Below are positions 37,519-50,696 of a DNA stretch of 64,000 bases, one piece after another. The stretch lies in contig NC_081333.1 of the NCBI RefSeq assembly GCF_022539665.2, positions 5,332,001 through 5,396,000 of the forward strand, given 5' to 3'. Numbering within the stretch: position 1 is the stretch's first letter; each line of letters starts with the position of its first letter. The DNA comes from Daphnia carinata. Lineage: Eukaryota. Under the pieces are notes generated by a model. It did not search any database. It was not told where the DNA came from and saw only the letters and a program-made list of their open reading frames with translations. The position numbers and the translations under genes were made by a program.

Positions 37519-38970
37519 TACAGGATTAAAATTAAAAGAAAAGGACATAATTCCCTTGCAGAGAGTATATATAGTTGTTGTTCGAATCCGTCAAATTTTC
37601 TGTAGAACTTTTACATAAGTCATTCGGGTCACTAATTTTATTTCATTTTTTTCTTTCCATTTTAAAGGGTAGGACTGGTTTTGCAAGTATTTATGACAAA
37701 CGCGAAGCTACTGAAGCTGCACCTAGCCTGTTGGCATAGTTTTGTCTCAAAAATTCTTAAACCTAATCAAGTTTTTCTTACGACAACTCGTCGATGAAGC
37801 TCTCGATGAAAATCGTTGTCAAAACCAATGAAAAAGTTTCTGCTCTTACAAAGATTTTGTGTAAATTTTGCTTTTTAAAATTTCTTGCAAAATTTTCACA
37901 TACAAAAACGAATAAAACAGAAAAGAAGACCATTAAACCATCGCTGATATTTTTTATGACACCAAAACAAATACTAAACGTATTTTCTAGCCATCTAGTA
38001 GGCTACATGGAAAAAGAACAGAATCAGTGGCATACCTCTCACTAAGGAACATCGGAAGCAATAATCGGTACTCCCCGTAATTCCTGTGCAATAGATATGT
38101 AGTCCAACCAGATGGTTGGATACAAGCACAACTAAACATAATGAAACAGTTACTACAATTCCATACAAGCATCAAGTCAAAATTAAATCAAGTAAACATG
38201 TTTTAGTCATTAACGATTCTTAAATATCTAAGAGTCCCGAATTGGTTTCGCGGTGTCTTCAGGAATAGCCTAGGCTGATAACTATCCTGCTGTTAGTTAA
38301 TTATTTTCTCTTTAAATTGTCATTCAAACAACGTAGAATAATACATGACTTTCAATTTTGAATTGGATGTATTTTCCAAACGGTGGCATATTAGTTCCAA
38401 TATGTTATATTATCAGAATAAGCTTTCTTACCATCAGCAGCTAACACATCGCAGGAATCTAAAGTTCTGAAGTGCTGAAGCTTACTTTTATCCTGCTGTA
38501 GCTACACATTAATTTATCATCGTAGCTATCAAGACATAGACAAGAAAAGTGAACTTGGATGTACCGACCGCCGTTTTTTCTTACTCCTGAGGAGGTTGCC
38601 ATACATTGGCTGCTTCGCAGCTGTTGCGTCACACGCACGAATAACCTCTAATATTTTCAACCATGACATTAGAAATATTTCCCAGTTATTAAAAATTTCA
38701 GAGAAGAAACCATGACTGCAGTAGTTTCTCGCCATCATTGACGTATTAAGCATTTCGGGTTTATTTCTGTTTTCTGCGGAATGTGCCAAATAATGATTGT
38801 CCTAGTGTTGTTTGGTTATTATTTCACTTAAATTTTGTAGCAGCCGAGGGAGACCGTAAGACTTATAATTTTTAAACTGAGAAATTGTCGAACTTACGGT
38901 GCCATGTATTTCACTATGCAGCCGTAATCTGACTGAGACTAAAGGCGTCATGCTCGTCGTACGCGCGCAC

Positions 38971-39305
38971 CGGGAAACGTAAATATCCTATTCCACCTTA
39001 CTTGAGGAAATCGTCTTTTTTAATCACTTATACACCTCTCGTATATTAGTTGCAGCATGAGTGTCTCGGACACCCTCACATACCCTAATGCACTCGAATA
39101 TCGTATTTTTCCTTTACTTTTAGGCGTCCTCCTCGCGTCATCCTTAATACCATAAGCGCACAACGGGAAACGTAAATATCCTATTCCACCCTACTTGATG
39201 AAATCGACTTTTTTAAAGCAATTATACACTTCTCGTATATTAGTTGCAGCTTAGTATGTCGGACACCCTCACATACCCTAATCCACTCGAAGATCGTATT
39301 TTTCC
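38971..39305. repeat. Direct repeat, two ~142-bp copies (38971-39112 and 39164-39305)
   Basis: Shared CGGGAAACGTAAATATCCTATTCCACC...CGGACACCCTCACATACCCTAAT...ATCGTATTTTTCC. Confidence 0.85.
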
Positions 39306-40290
39306 ATGTTCTGGAAATGGCGGGTAGGTTTCAGTGGAATACATTATTACGGCCTTTGACGGCATTTCTGAATACGGATTCAGGAACTCCTGTGTAAAGG
39401 AAGTTTTCATCCCGTTCGACTTCTTCAATTAGATTGTAAGGAAGATAGGCACAATAATAATAAGTACCCGATGCAGTTTCTATTCGCCTATTACATGAAT
39501 ACTGTCTAACTGCGGGAGTTAATTATTCTATTAGCGCAATGAAACGACCGTAAGCTATCGGAGCTGTCTTTCGTTCGTCGCTTTCCGAGAAAGGCTGTAG
39601 AATGGGTTTCTTAGGTGATGAAACGGAATTCTTGACCGGTGGCGTGTTCTACTGCTTTTTCTAGAAGTAGGGGTTGCTGATTTTTACTATTCGAGCTTTT
39701 CCCCAGTTTGAAGAAAACTTTAAAGACTTTCAAGTACTTGGAATTAAAAAAACGGTTCTAGCCTCTAGATTATGAGAGAATATTTGGCATATCCAAGCAA
39801 ACATTTTACGATGTATAAGGAATATGAAGTATTTTAAAATTAATTTTCCTAAAAAAAGCTGTCGGACGACTGAAAATATGGAAATGCCAGTTTAAAAAAC
39901 AATGTTCAATCATATTTGTTTAATTTGTGATTCTATTTAATTCTTTTACCGAATAGATGGGAAAATTTATTTCACGAATGCAACAGATGCCGGATGTTAC
40001 TGACTCCCGTGCAAAGAGTCGTAACAAAGAAGAGAATGAGGGATGAGTGTTGATAAAGATGAAATGAAGATGACGATGATAAAACAAAAAGGGACTACTT
40101 TATTTCCGGACTTGGAAATAAAAGGGTGTGATGACACGCTTGATTGGGGAGACGGGAGCAAAACTGAAAAGACGAGACTAAGGCTAGACAACTTGTCTAG
40201 AAAACGAGACGGACGAGAAAAAGTGACTGTCTGGGTCAACTCTGAATTACTAACTACCCTTCCCGTGGAAAAGGGGTAAAAAAAAAAAAA

Positions 40291-43200
40291 TGGGCACATA
40301 ATACTAGGCAGGCCCGTGCCCCCTACAGCCCTGCCCGCGAGGGCAGCACCGTAGGTGACACCGGAAGGAGGTTTTTGAATATTGCAAACGTTTTTCAAAT
40401 ATCAAAGACTTAAAACAGAAGGGTTGAGATTTTATAGAATGCGATTTCGTTATTAAGCAAAGCCGAAAAAAATCGTGTGTCGCGCTAGTAACTTCTAGTA
40501 GAAAGCCTTGTCGCAGACTCGGGCCCATCTCTAATAGGAAGTAGGGAACAAAGGGAGAGATAGGGAACAGTACTTCCAGGCCTTAAAAATCAAGTACGCC
40601 TCTCCTCATTGCTGACAAACAGCAGACCAACCCTGTTAGAAGGCATGACAGAGTTTGCAGATGGGAGCTCAGGCTGAACCACCAACGGACACGGTAGTGC
40701 GTCCGCTCTGTCTGAAACTAACCAAAAACTGTACTACCAAATTAGGAAAACGCCCATACACTGTTCCTCACCCCATCCTCCCAACTATCCTACAGTACGA
40801 CAAGGGATACCACAACACCCACCCCGCGCCAGCAAGGTCGGGGGCCCATCGAATAAAGGAATCATACCAGCGTACCCAAGGCAGCCCAAAAACGAGCTAC
40901 TCACCACCAACAGCCAAGAGGCCTCTTCGCTCCGTTACCGACGATGAGTGGCCCGAGTTGGGCAGAGACGGCCCTAGGCGCCCACCACCCACTCTTCCAC
41001 CAGTCATCCTCAGGCTCAGTGATGGCAAAGCTATCTTCCGCCAAATGGGCATAGCAGCTCTGAAAGCCATAGTCCTAGATATAGAAAAGACAGTAGAGCC
41101 CCCCAAACAATCTGAATCCCCGCGCGGCGGAGATCTCTTCGTCTATCCAACAAACCTCACACAACAAGAGGCCCTTCTAGCCGTCACCCAAGCCTCAGGT
41201 AGACCGATCAGCGCCTAACTCCCATTATCAGCTACCGGAAAAAAGAGCTCATCCATAGAATCCCGACCTCCATTACCAACGAAAACATGCTGGAATCCCT
41301 GGGCCCCCAAGGTGTCACTAAAGCGGTGTGAGACACCAAAACCACCAATGGCCACACGGAACCAACGGAGACGGTACTACATACCTTCCAAAAACATCTC
41401 CCGCCGAGAATGACCATCATAGCACAAAGCTTCCCGGTACATACCTACTATCCGAGCCCATACAAATGCACCAACAGCACAATTACCTGCCAAAACTGCG
41501 GTTGAAGACACGATCCAACTGACATCTGCGACCCAAAATGCATTAACTGTGGCAGCACCAACCACCCATCACAGCCAAAATATGCCCAGGCTACATGGAA
41601 CTGGCCAGCCTCATCAAAGAAACAACAGATAAGGGGATCAGAGTAAAAGAAGCCCGCTACGGGATCAACACACGCAGCCTGCCCACCGAAAATACAGCAA
41701 CTGCCCCTGTCGCACTCCGGAGCTCCCCCAGTAGACACCTCTGAAACAATGAAATCCGAAATCCGCACCCTCCAAGAAGAGATTAAGGCATTAAACGCCA
41801 CCGCCATACACGACCTTAATGCCAAAATCGATCAAGTCTCCGCTAGCGTGGAAAAAAACAAACAAAAGGATCGACCAGTTTGAAGACATATTTGGGAAAC
41901 GGCTTGATAAGCTTGAATATCCACCAGTGACCCGTTTACCAGCGACCAAACCAATGGATGACCCAGGCAGTCAAGAGTCTGACTTCAGCGAGACTTCTAC
42001 AACCTCTAGGAAGATGCTGAAAACCCCATCACAAATCCTAGGCAGACTCGATTCCACCTCATCACAAAAACGTAATTAAGGCCAATACAAAAAAATACAA
42101 CAGATAATGACCGACCTCATTTGTATACATTGGACCGCGAGAGGTCTCACACGTTCCCGCTTGGAAGAGTTACGTAGTTTCCGTACCATAGAAAAACCAT
42201 TAATAGTACTCCTATGTGAAACCTTCTAGACAAATACATATGTAATCAAATTCCGCTCATACAAATAATCAATAAAAATCGCACAGATAGATCAGGCGGA
42301 CGGGTTGCAGTGCTGGTTCACCAATCCATCCCGTACTCCGAGCACAATATCATAAACACTACAAAAGTAGAAGCAGTAGGAATCTCCATACATACCATTG
42401 AACTTGGAACAGTCGACTTTATCTCAGCATACTGCCCCCACGGAGACTTCACAAAATAAGAACTCATCTCATTAGTTGATGCTGCCGAAGAGGCATATCT
42501 CAAATTAGTTGCGCGGTTAAATCAAACCATGGTGGAGGAGACTTCAACGGACACCACAGCTTATAGAGCCAACATCACGTCCCAACACAAGCGGGAACTC
42601 TATCTACGACACCCTAACAAAAAACCCCAACGTTACTCTCCTTACACCCCCCTCGCTGGGAATCTCCATCAACCTCTTCACAGGTCGAAACTCCACACTA
42701 CACCTTACCCTGATGCTCAGCTACGATCGCACAAAACTCATCAGTTTCTGCTGGGCCCTACCTGGGAAGCGACCATCTTCCCATAAAAACTACAACCAAG
42801 ATCTCGCACAGAATAGCTAACGCACCAAACCCTAAGTGGATTTTTAACGACAAACTCTGGGGCAAATGGAACATTGAACTTACGAGCTACCTCGCACTTA
42901 AAAACTTTACTGTAATAAAATGCCCATTCGAGTCATACAACACGTTCTTCGAGGCCCTGAAGGAAGCCAGCCACAAATTTTTCAAGAGGACCAACCCCAA
43001 AAACCGCATCTCACCGGAGACACCCAAACCATGGTGGGATTCCAAATACAACGAGAATGTCCGTACGGCAAGAAAGGTCCTCTCTGCATAAAGAATGGAT
43101 CTAATTTCAATCGACAAAATAGTAGAATGGCGCAGAGCTGAAGCCCTAAAAAGAAGGACCATCATCACTGCCAAACGTGGGAAAAGTTCGTCACAAACCT

Positions 43201-44080
43201 CAACCCCAAAAAAGGACAGAAAGCCATGTTGGCCTTCACTAAGATGATGACAGGTCGCAACTACACAGCGCCATCAGCAGCGCTCCGCACCAAGGACGGA
43301 CACATCACCACCGACCCCAAAGATAGACCAAATTTACTAATCGACTCCTTCCTAGAATCCCCACTCAGACGATCCTAATCCAGCCAACATATACAGAATA
43401 TCATAGCCGAAGCCCTATCAAGCAAAGAATACAGACTACTGAATACCCCCTTCACCATACAGGAAATCACCCATGCCCTATCTAGAACCAAAAGCAACGC
43501 AACAGGCACTGATACAAGATACAACAGAATGCTAGACAACCTATCCTCAGAGAACCGCGAATCCCTACGCCACATATTCAACATCCTCCTGGAAAATGGA
43601 GCCACACCCAATCACTGGGGAAAAGCCATCATAATCTCCAGAAGACCCATCATTCTATCGTCCCATATCCCTCACCTCCTGCTTAGGCAAGGTAATGGAG
43701 AGAACCATCACCAACCGGCTCACTCGTGTCACCTTGAGACTCACTCCAAAACGACACAAAAATCGGTTTCAGGAAGAGTCTGTCAACATACAGTCTTCAT
43801 CTACATCGCTAATGCATTCGACCGCACCGAAACGGAAGGGATACTCTGCAAACTCGCCAAATTCAAGGTTAAAGGCCCAATCGTCAACTGGATCCGTTCT
43901 CTCCTATCCGACAGACTAGCTCGTGTCAGAATAGGCACCGTACAGTCCGACCCGAGACAACTAACAATAGGTGTACCTCAAGGGGTAGTTCTGAGCATTA
44001 CCCTCTTCAACATAATGATGAGTGACCTCCCACTCCCCACAAACGGAATCAAAACACTACACTACGCCGATGATGTCACT
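40291..44080 (+). mobile_element. Non-LTR retrotransposon (LINE, APE-RT type), degraded and 3'-truncated; 5' boundary uncertain
   Basis: ORF1 remnants 40655-42079 with CQNCG..H..C and CINCG..H knuckles; ORF2 from 42107. Confidence 0.85.
42107..44080 (+). pseudogene. LINE ORF2 (apurinic endonuclease plus RT)
   Basis: HWTARGL, LCET, GGRVAVL, GGDFNGHH, GSDHLPI, PKPWW; AFDR, GVPQGVVLSITLFN, YADD. Confidence 0.88.
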
Positions 44081-44529
44081 GAGCATCTGGAAACTCCATG
44101 CAATTGGAAAAGTTAGTTATGCCCAAATAAAGTGCGAAAAAAGTAATAAATATTTCTGATTTTGCTTAAATAGTATTTTATTAAATGAACTATATTAAAT
44201 ACAATATATTTCATGTTCCCCTGCAATTTAAATTCAAATAGGATAAGAGGTAAATGTTTCGTGAGCCCTTTAAGTAATGAATTAACAGCATCGGTTTTGA
44301 AAAAAGGAAAATAGATACAAGCAGAGGCTCATAGTTTCTACTGGAATAACGGAAAAGGAATAGGAATATCACTCAGTAGAAATAGGACTAATACCGAGAA
44401 GAAATAGGACTAATGCCAAAGAGAAATAGGACTGTCCTTAAATATTTTAAAAGGCAGTCCTATTTCTCCTGTAGAAGTAGGACTGGAAATTTTCAGGCCT
44501 GTTTCTCCAGTCCTATTTCACCGCCAATC
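44081..44529. mobile_element. Right end of a Merlin-like element related to 16401-21379
   Basis: Homologous to ~21100-21379; AAATAGGACT repeats; ends CAGTCCTATTTCACCGCCAATC. Confidence 0.75.
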
Positions 44530-45208
44530 ATATGCATGCTCATGAATACCATGCACGGTTGAAATTAACCGAATAGATTTCGTTTTTAAGCTACAAGATG
44601 CAAAGCTAATTGCTACAGGATGAGAGAATCTTAGCTTAGGAGATTTACCTGGACCAAGGCAGTCACTGTAGCAACCACCAATATACTTTTTCAGGTAAGG
44701 ATGAGGCAACAGACCCTACAGCTTGGGCAACTGTGGACATGGCTTCGCACATCCGGATCAATCACACGTATTAAACTAAATCCATGACTCTTCGTATGAA
44801 GTCTGGATCCCTCACACGCTGTCAAATAATGGTTTCATAAGAAGAATAGCTTTGCTTATGCCACCACATGAGAGGGACATTGAATCACTGGATTGCTCAG
44901 TGATTTCCAAACTATAGGTTACAAATAGAAAAGGAATTATGCATTTGAAAACAGTTGTTTACAACAACAAATGAACCTTGAAAGCTGAGACTTCCAGAAA
45001 GCGATTCGTATGCTCTGGATCTTATAGGGTTGACTTTATCAACCTCAAAATGAAGCATGGAATCTGCCAGAGCATTGAGAGCATTGAGCTGCAGTTGAAA
45101 TCCTGCTTGGCTGTGGGAATTGATTACTTGTACTTGGAGGCTACTGATAGAGTTAAGCTATCCAACATTTCCCACGGTGAAATACCAGGTAGAGTAGTAT
45201 ACTGACAG

Positions 45209-46717
45209 CAGGGTTGGATTACCGCGTTAAAAAAAATACCGCGATAGTACCGCGGTAATGCGGTATTACCGCTACCGCTACCGCGGTATTTTTTCCAATG
45301 GTTACCGCTATCGTTACCGCTAGTAAAAAATACCAAAAATCGGTAACGGTGCTTTTAAGCCATCTAGCGATATGAATATTAATTTTCTGGTTTTTAGCAG
45401 ACTGCATTTCAAGTAAATATTTCTAAACGTTTTTTATTCCTATTTCCCTAGTTGTTCACAGGGTTTGAGGGACCTCGATTAATCAAATACGTCTAAATTT
45501 CGGACAAACGCTACTATGGTACCCATCACAAGTTGCATTCTCACTTTTGCAGGTTTATCTAGGCTAGTACTAGGAATGTTTTATGGCTGCTATTGCAGCA
45601 GTATTTAAAAATTTTTAAGTATTGCAGCCATCCATAGAATATTGTTAGAAATGGTGCTATTATCTGTGTGTACTTCAAGTTATTAAAAAGAGATAGAGGT
45701 TATGATAGTCTAGTTTATTTGAGCCTTATGTTTAATGAACTTTTTTCTATTCAAAATTGGTTATTTTGAATTTCCTACTAATGACAATTACATATCCGAA
45801 GTTGATTCAAGTATGGATATTGTCCCTGAACCATCTCTTGACATGTCCACCAACATTGGTGAGGTGAAAACTAGTTCTACACGTTCAAAAAAACAAAAGG
45901 GAAAAAAGGTGAGAAAATGAAACCTGAAACAAACCTTAAACCAACCAAATTAATACACATTATAAATCCAAGTTCAATTTTAGATGGCGAAAAACGTATC
46001 ATTCTCTATTCTGAAACGCTTATCAAATAAGTTGGACCAGGCAAGAGAAAGGGAACTTCGTATGATGAATGCCGTATTGGGCAGTGCAAAGTAAAGCCAA
46101 AGACACTATCAGCAGTAGACAATGTAAGAGGCAATATTACAAAACACCTTTCAATCAAACATAACAAAGAAAATTTTGAAAATTTCAATTTTCTATGCAA
46201 AGAAACTGACATTACCAAGTGAAACGAATTTCAAAGTGAAACGAAATAGTTCTTTCCTGAAAACACAAGGAACTGCAGCAACATGAAAAGAAACTCAAAC
46301 AGAACTATCGTAAAGTGGCAACCTACGAATTTTAGGTCTTAATTACATTACGAGACCGAAATTTAGATTTTTTTTGTGCATGCTATGCACTTGTCTTGGA
46401 GTCCAAACAAAACGATACTGTGAGAAGTGCGATAAGTGTTTCCTTCGAAAGAAAAAGATAAGGCTCAAAGGGAACCTGAATGAAGCACAATGGCTCTGCA
46501 ATTTGGTTGACTGGTTTTAAGGGCCAACAGTTCGTTATAGTAAAATCACATCAATGCAGAAGTGATTTTCATGAAGTTTGATAATATTATGGAAAAAAAA
46601 ATTTACCGCTACCGTTACCGTGAGTTACTTGGAAAAAAATTACCGCGATACTTTCTGCGAAATTGAGTAAAGCTACCGCGGTAGCGGTACTATTTAAAAG
46701 TACCGCTTCCAGCTCTG
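45209..46717 (+). mobile_element. hAT-like deletion derivative
   Basis: Termini CAGGGTTGGA and TCCAGCTCTG; dense TACCGC subterminal repeats at both ends; BED-finger remnant C..C..NITKHLSIKH at ~46065-46165. No matching 8-bp TSD. Confidence 0.7.
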
Positions 46718-47990
46718 GTCATTGGTTACAAACGATCGATGTGGAAATTATTAATTGTGTGCTCGAGAAAATTCGTCTGTACCAAGATGTGGAAGATAGC
46801 AATTTTTCCACGCCGATTGGTGTTGCTTCCTCATCAACAGGTTATTTGTCGCATAATCATTTAACATTGGTTTGGGACAAAACCTATACTCAACGATCTG
46901 AACCAAAAGCTCATCTCATCGAATCTGGAATTGGAAAATTAATACGAAAAACGGGAATGACAAAATATTTCGCCTTCAAGATGACAAAAAACAATTGGAT
47001 TTCCATTTGTCTTTTTAACCGCGTTGTATTCCCATTCAAAATTCCTTTTCAAAGAACTCTGATGCCTTTAATATTGTCGACCAATCAAAACTCATCGTTA
47101 CAACGGCGGCCATTATGGAAAATTTGTCGACAATAACATTGGCGGACCTCGCGCCACCTAGTGCTCAAAATTTGGACAATTCCGCTACTTTACAATATGT
47201 TCGTTATCAACTTACGGACCATGAAAATGAATTATCACGATTAATTCAAATCTTACAATGTGATTCAAGAAATGCTAAACATGTAAGAGCAATTATTGCG
47301 GCACAGTATAATGGTTGGTTAGCTGCTTCACATCTAGATTTACCCAAGTGCACAAAATTACAAGCCTTTGGAAAAACCGCCCTTGTCATCTCTTTCAAAC
47401 CTTTAAATGTGACCTTCGAAACCGTCATAACATCTTGCGGACCGCAACCAAAATTTAAAAATTATACAATTAACCTGGACGTTTGGGAACTCGTTAAATA
47501 TTCGCCGTGTTATTGGACCAATGGATTCGTTAACTTCAATGACATTCCTTATACGTTTCGCAATAACACTTGGAAGCGCGTGAACGCAAGTATCGTATTA
47601 CCGGTACAAACTCTTGCACATTCTTTTCGGTATGAAGATGTGAAATATTTTTACTACGAACATAAAAGTAACCCTGCGTATAGTGAAACTATTATGGACC
47701 ATATGACTATAATGGCTGATATTGCTGCAGCTATGAATGAACATTCGCCGAGTGAGTTTTCAGCCAATAATCGACCAAGCGTCACCAACGTTTTGTTATC
47801 AGCATCTGGAGTGACTACTTATACTAGCTGGTGGGAAACTATTAAAAATTATTTCTTCATTGGTGTACTCTGCCTCCTGAGTCTACTTTTCTTACGCATC
47901 TGTTATGGCTGTGGATTTTTCGGACTCATCAGCAAGTTATGCTGTCATCTAGTTCAAGAACCAGAACCGGATTTCGCTCATGAAGTCTGA
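46718..47990 (+). pseudogene. env: Viral glycoprotein-like env (class III, gB/chuvirus G-like), C-terminal part
   Basis: Central-helix-like SATLQYVRYQLTDHENELSRLIQILQC, Cys pattern, many N-x-S/T sequons, TM FFIGVLCLLSLLFL and Cys-rich tail; followed by PPT and LTR. Confidence 0.65.
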
Positions 47991-48023
47991 TTACGGGACG
48001 TAATCTCGCACCGCCGGGAGTGG

Positions 48024-48841
48024 TGTAACGAAGTCATCAAAATACAACTTTTAATCATATTTTATCTTCGTTGTTTGTTTTCTTTACATAAAAATTATAT
48101 ATTATGTTTGTTATTCATTATGTTTAAAGTATATATTATAAATATAATAATTCAAGCGTCATTGACATTTCCTTGAATTCCATTTTTATATTATACTTAC
48201 ATCCTACTTGTCGCTGATTGGACATGTTCCATAAGTAGGGCATCGCGCCATACATTTCCGTGAATGCGAAATGTCGGACGCGTGCGACGTTCTGCACTTA
48301 TTTCCGGAGTCATCTGTCGGAAATGCTATGTCCCCCTCAATCATGTAAACCTATAAAAAGATGCCTTTTTCGTCCCTAAAATCCAGTTCAGTTCAGTTTT
48401 TCAGTTCTCTCTCGTTCTTGTTCCTGCTCTTGTTCCAGTTCCAGTCCTAGTTCTTATCCTAGTGCTATTTTATCTACAAGTGCTGTTGAATTCATCAAAT
48501 CTAGAGAGTTCAATTTATATCTTATTCAATAACTATTGTGAGTGCTTCTCATCGCTTCTTGTGCGACCGACAAGCCCTGTTTTCTTTATTCTTCTCGTAC
48601 AACATTTGACATCTCTATTCCATCTTCGCCACGGCGGTGACGGTAAGACTAAATTCGCATAACTCCATTTTGTATTTCTGTGTCCCATTTATGCCTTATA
48701 ACTGTGTATTCCTTTGTTATTCATTTATCCTATTAAAATAAAATATATTCGACATTGTGGTAACGCCTCCCGAGTTCATTTTTATTACTATTTGTCTTAA
48801 CAACGTAAAATTATTCATCTCCACAGAAGAACTGCTTTACA
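48024..48841 (+). repeat. 3' LTR (~818 bp)
   Basis: Purine tract GGGAGTGG then TGTAAC...TTTACA; TATAAAA at ~48352; CAGTT repeats. Confidence 0.75.
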
Positions 48842-50072
48842 GTATCATGAAACGGCGAGCTCTTATTCTACATAAGATGCTTGAAAGTAAGCTATTAGAA
48901 AAGCTGTTTTCCAACTTCATTGCTTTCAATTTATGAATTTATTGGCCTCATAAAATTTCATTATTGCTAGATATTGTTCAGCGTTTTGACAGCAACGTCC
49001 TCGCACCCTTTTTACCACCCAAATATGAATATGCTGTATCCGTAAGGTTGTCAGAGCTCCAAATTCGCCTTTACCTTTATTATCTGAAAAATCACACTAA
49101 AGGAGGGTGTATCCAGCCCTACGGAAATCAAGGTGAAAGTACTGGATTGTTCAGCGACTTTCAGCAGCTTGGCCGAATTTGGACTCATCCAAAGGCTTTG
49201 CTTTTAGCGCGTAACCGTCCGGATTCAAGGAGCACAATTCGACATGCCGTATCAAAAATTCCCACAGGTGGCGAAGGAAAAGCAAAAAAAAATGTCAAGA
49301 ACGACGATGACGACGATTACCTCATGAGGACCGAGGAACCGATATTCGGTAAATATCTTGATTTTCACTTTCTCCCTATTAAAAACCTCCTCCTTTGACG
49401 CATGCTTTGAAAACAAAAACACCGAAAATAGGCGAGGATGCTGAATGCAAGACTCGGTTGACCAAGATTTAACGCCGTTTAGCAGCCCTTGGTGGTCAGA
49501 CTTAATCTCAGAAAACGAAATTAACAACATAGAATATAGTGGTAAAATTTGTTTTGCTGATGGATATTCTTCGGGAGTACGAGCTAATAGGCGATAAATT
49601 ATTGGTCTTCAGCCAGTCGCTCACAAGCCTAGATCTGATTGAAGAGTTTTTTGCAATTGAAAATTCTAAAAAATCAGTTCAGAAGCACTAACAACACCGA
49701 TCAGGCAAGTGTTATATTTTACCAACCACGATGTTTGCGGTTATAATTTCTATTTGTAGAAGATTGTTCGTGGCACGTGGAATATTAATACCGATTATTA
49801 TCGACTGGATGGCTCCACGTCTTCCGAACAGCGTCTTAAATGGTGCTGAGCGTTCCGGTAACGGCCAGTTATCGTTACCGGTTGTAATTCGAGAGCGTAA
49901 GGACTCTTCTCGTCTTGACGACAACCTATTGGCTGGAGTCGCAGTTCGAAAGAAAAAGTGGGTTGGTGGGTACCAAGCACACGATTCTTTACTTCAAAAT
50001 CGCCCTGAAGAATATCTCGAAGATAGTGAGCTGCAAGTCATATGGAAAATATTGCAAATAGAAAAAGAATAA
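48842..50072 (+). pseudogene. ATRX: ATRX-like SNF2 helicase fragment, intron-retaining and internally deleted
   Basis: MKRRALILHKML, intron, VQRFD..FLPPKYEY..LFSDFQQLGRIWTHP; YSGKICLLMDIL..GDKLLVFSQSLTSLDLIE; GYQAHDSLL. The helicase-C core between these is missing. Confidence 0.85.
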
Positions 50073-50696
50073 GAAACTTCATTGACGCTTGCGAGCTCGC
50101 AAACAACTCTGTGATGAAGTTGGTTTTTTAGAACCTGAGTAGAGTGTAAGTGATCGCTGCCATATTTCGTATTTCCTTATTGTTTCTGCGTGGAACGCAC
50201 CAATAATGTAGTTCTGTTGAATTTCGTTTTTCTTTTTTGTTAAATTCTAAATAGATTTTTGTTTCCATCCAGTTCTAATCCAGCGGGTAATATAACATTT
50301 CGTTTGTGTAATTAGTTTCTACGAAACTTAAGTACAACTTAAGGGAACTATTGTATTCTAGAAAAAGCACGAGTTCTAAGCCATGAAAGTACCAAACAAA
50401 TATGTAGCGTACATCATATCATATAGTTCATTGGAATTTAAAAACGACTGGTGGGCGGGTGTCAAATGAGCTAGTTTATTTGAACACCTGTTAACGCACC
50501 TGAGTAAGCGCCCCAGAACCCTATCGACCCGAAATTCGTTTTTGTCATTGCAGGCTTTAACGTGTACGACACTTTGTGTTTAATGGTATTGCGTTGGAAT
50601 TGTGGCAGTTGGAATTAGTACAATTTTATTGTCGCTTGTTTTGGTACTCATCAAAATGAAGTGTTGTTACATTTTTCTTTTAATAGTGGTAGTGGG

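Larger units (their letters stand above)
36346..39887. repeat. Left arm of an inverted duplication (partner 59966-62661)
   Basis: Near-identical reverse complement; 38483-39326 is absent from the right arm. Confidence 0.93.

Noticed and set aside
40292..40360. HDV-like ribozyme
   Set aside because: Too few nucleotides between the P1 strands for P2/P3/L3, and no P1.1 or J4/2 pattern.
44530..45208. Integrase zinc-finger-like remnant (VRSHVHSCPSC, minus strand)
   Set aside because: Too short and degraded to assign.
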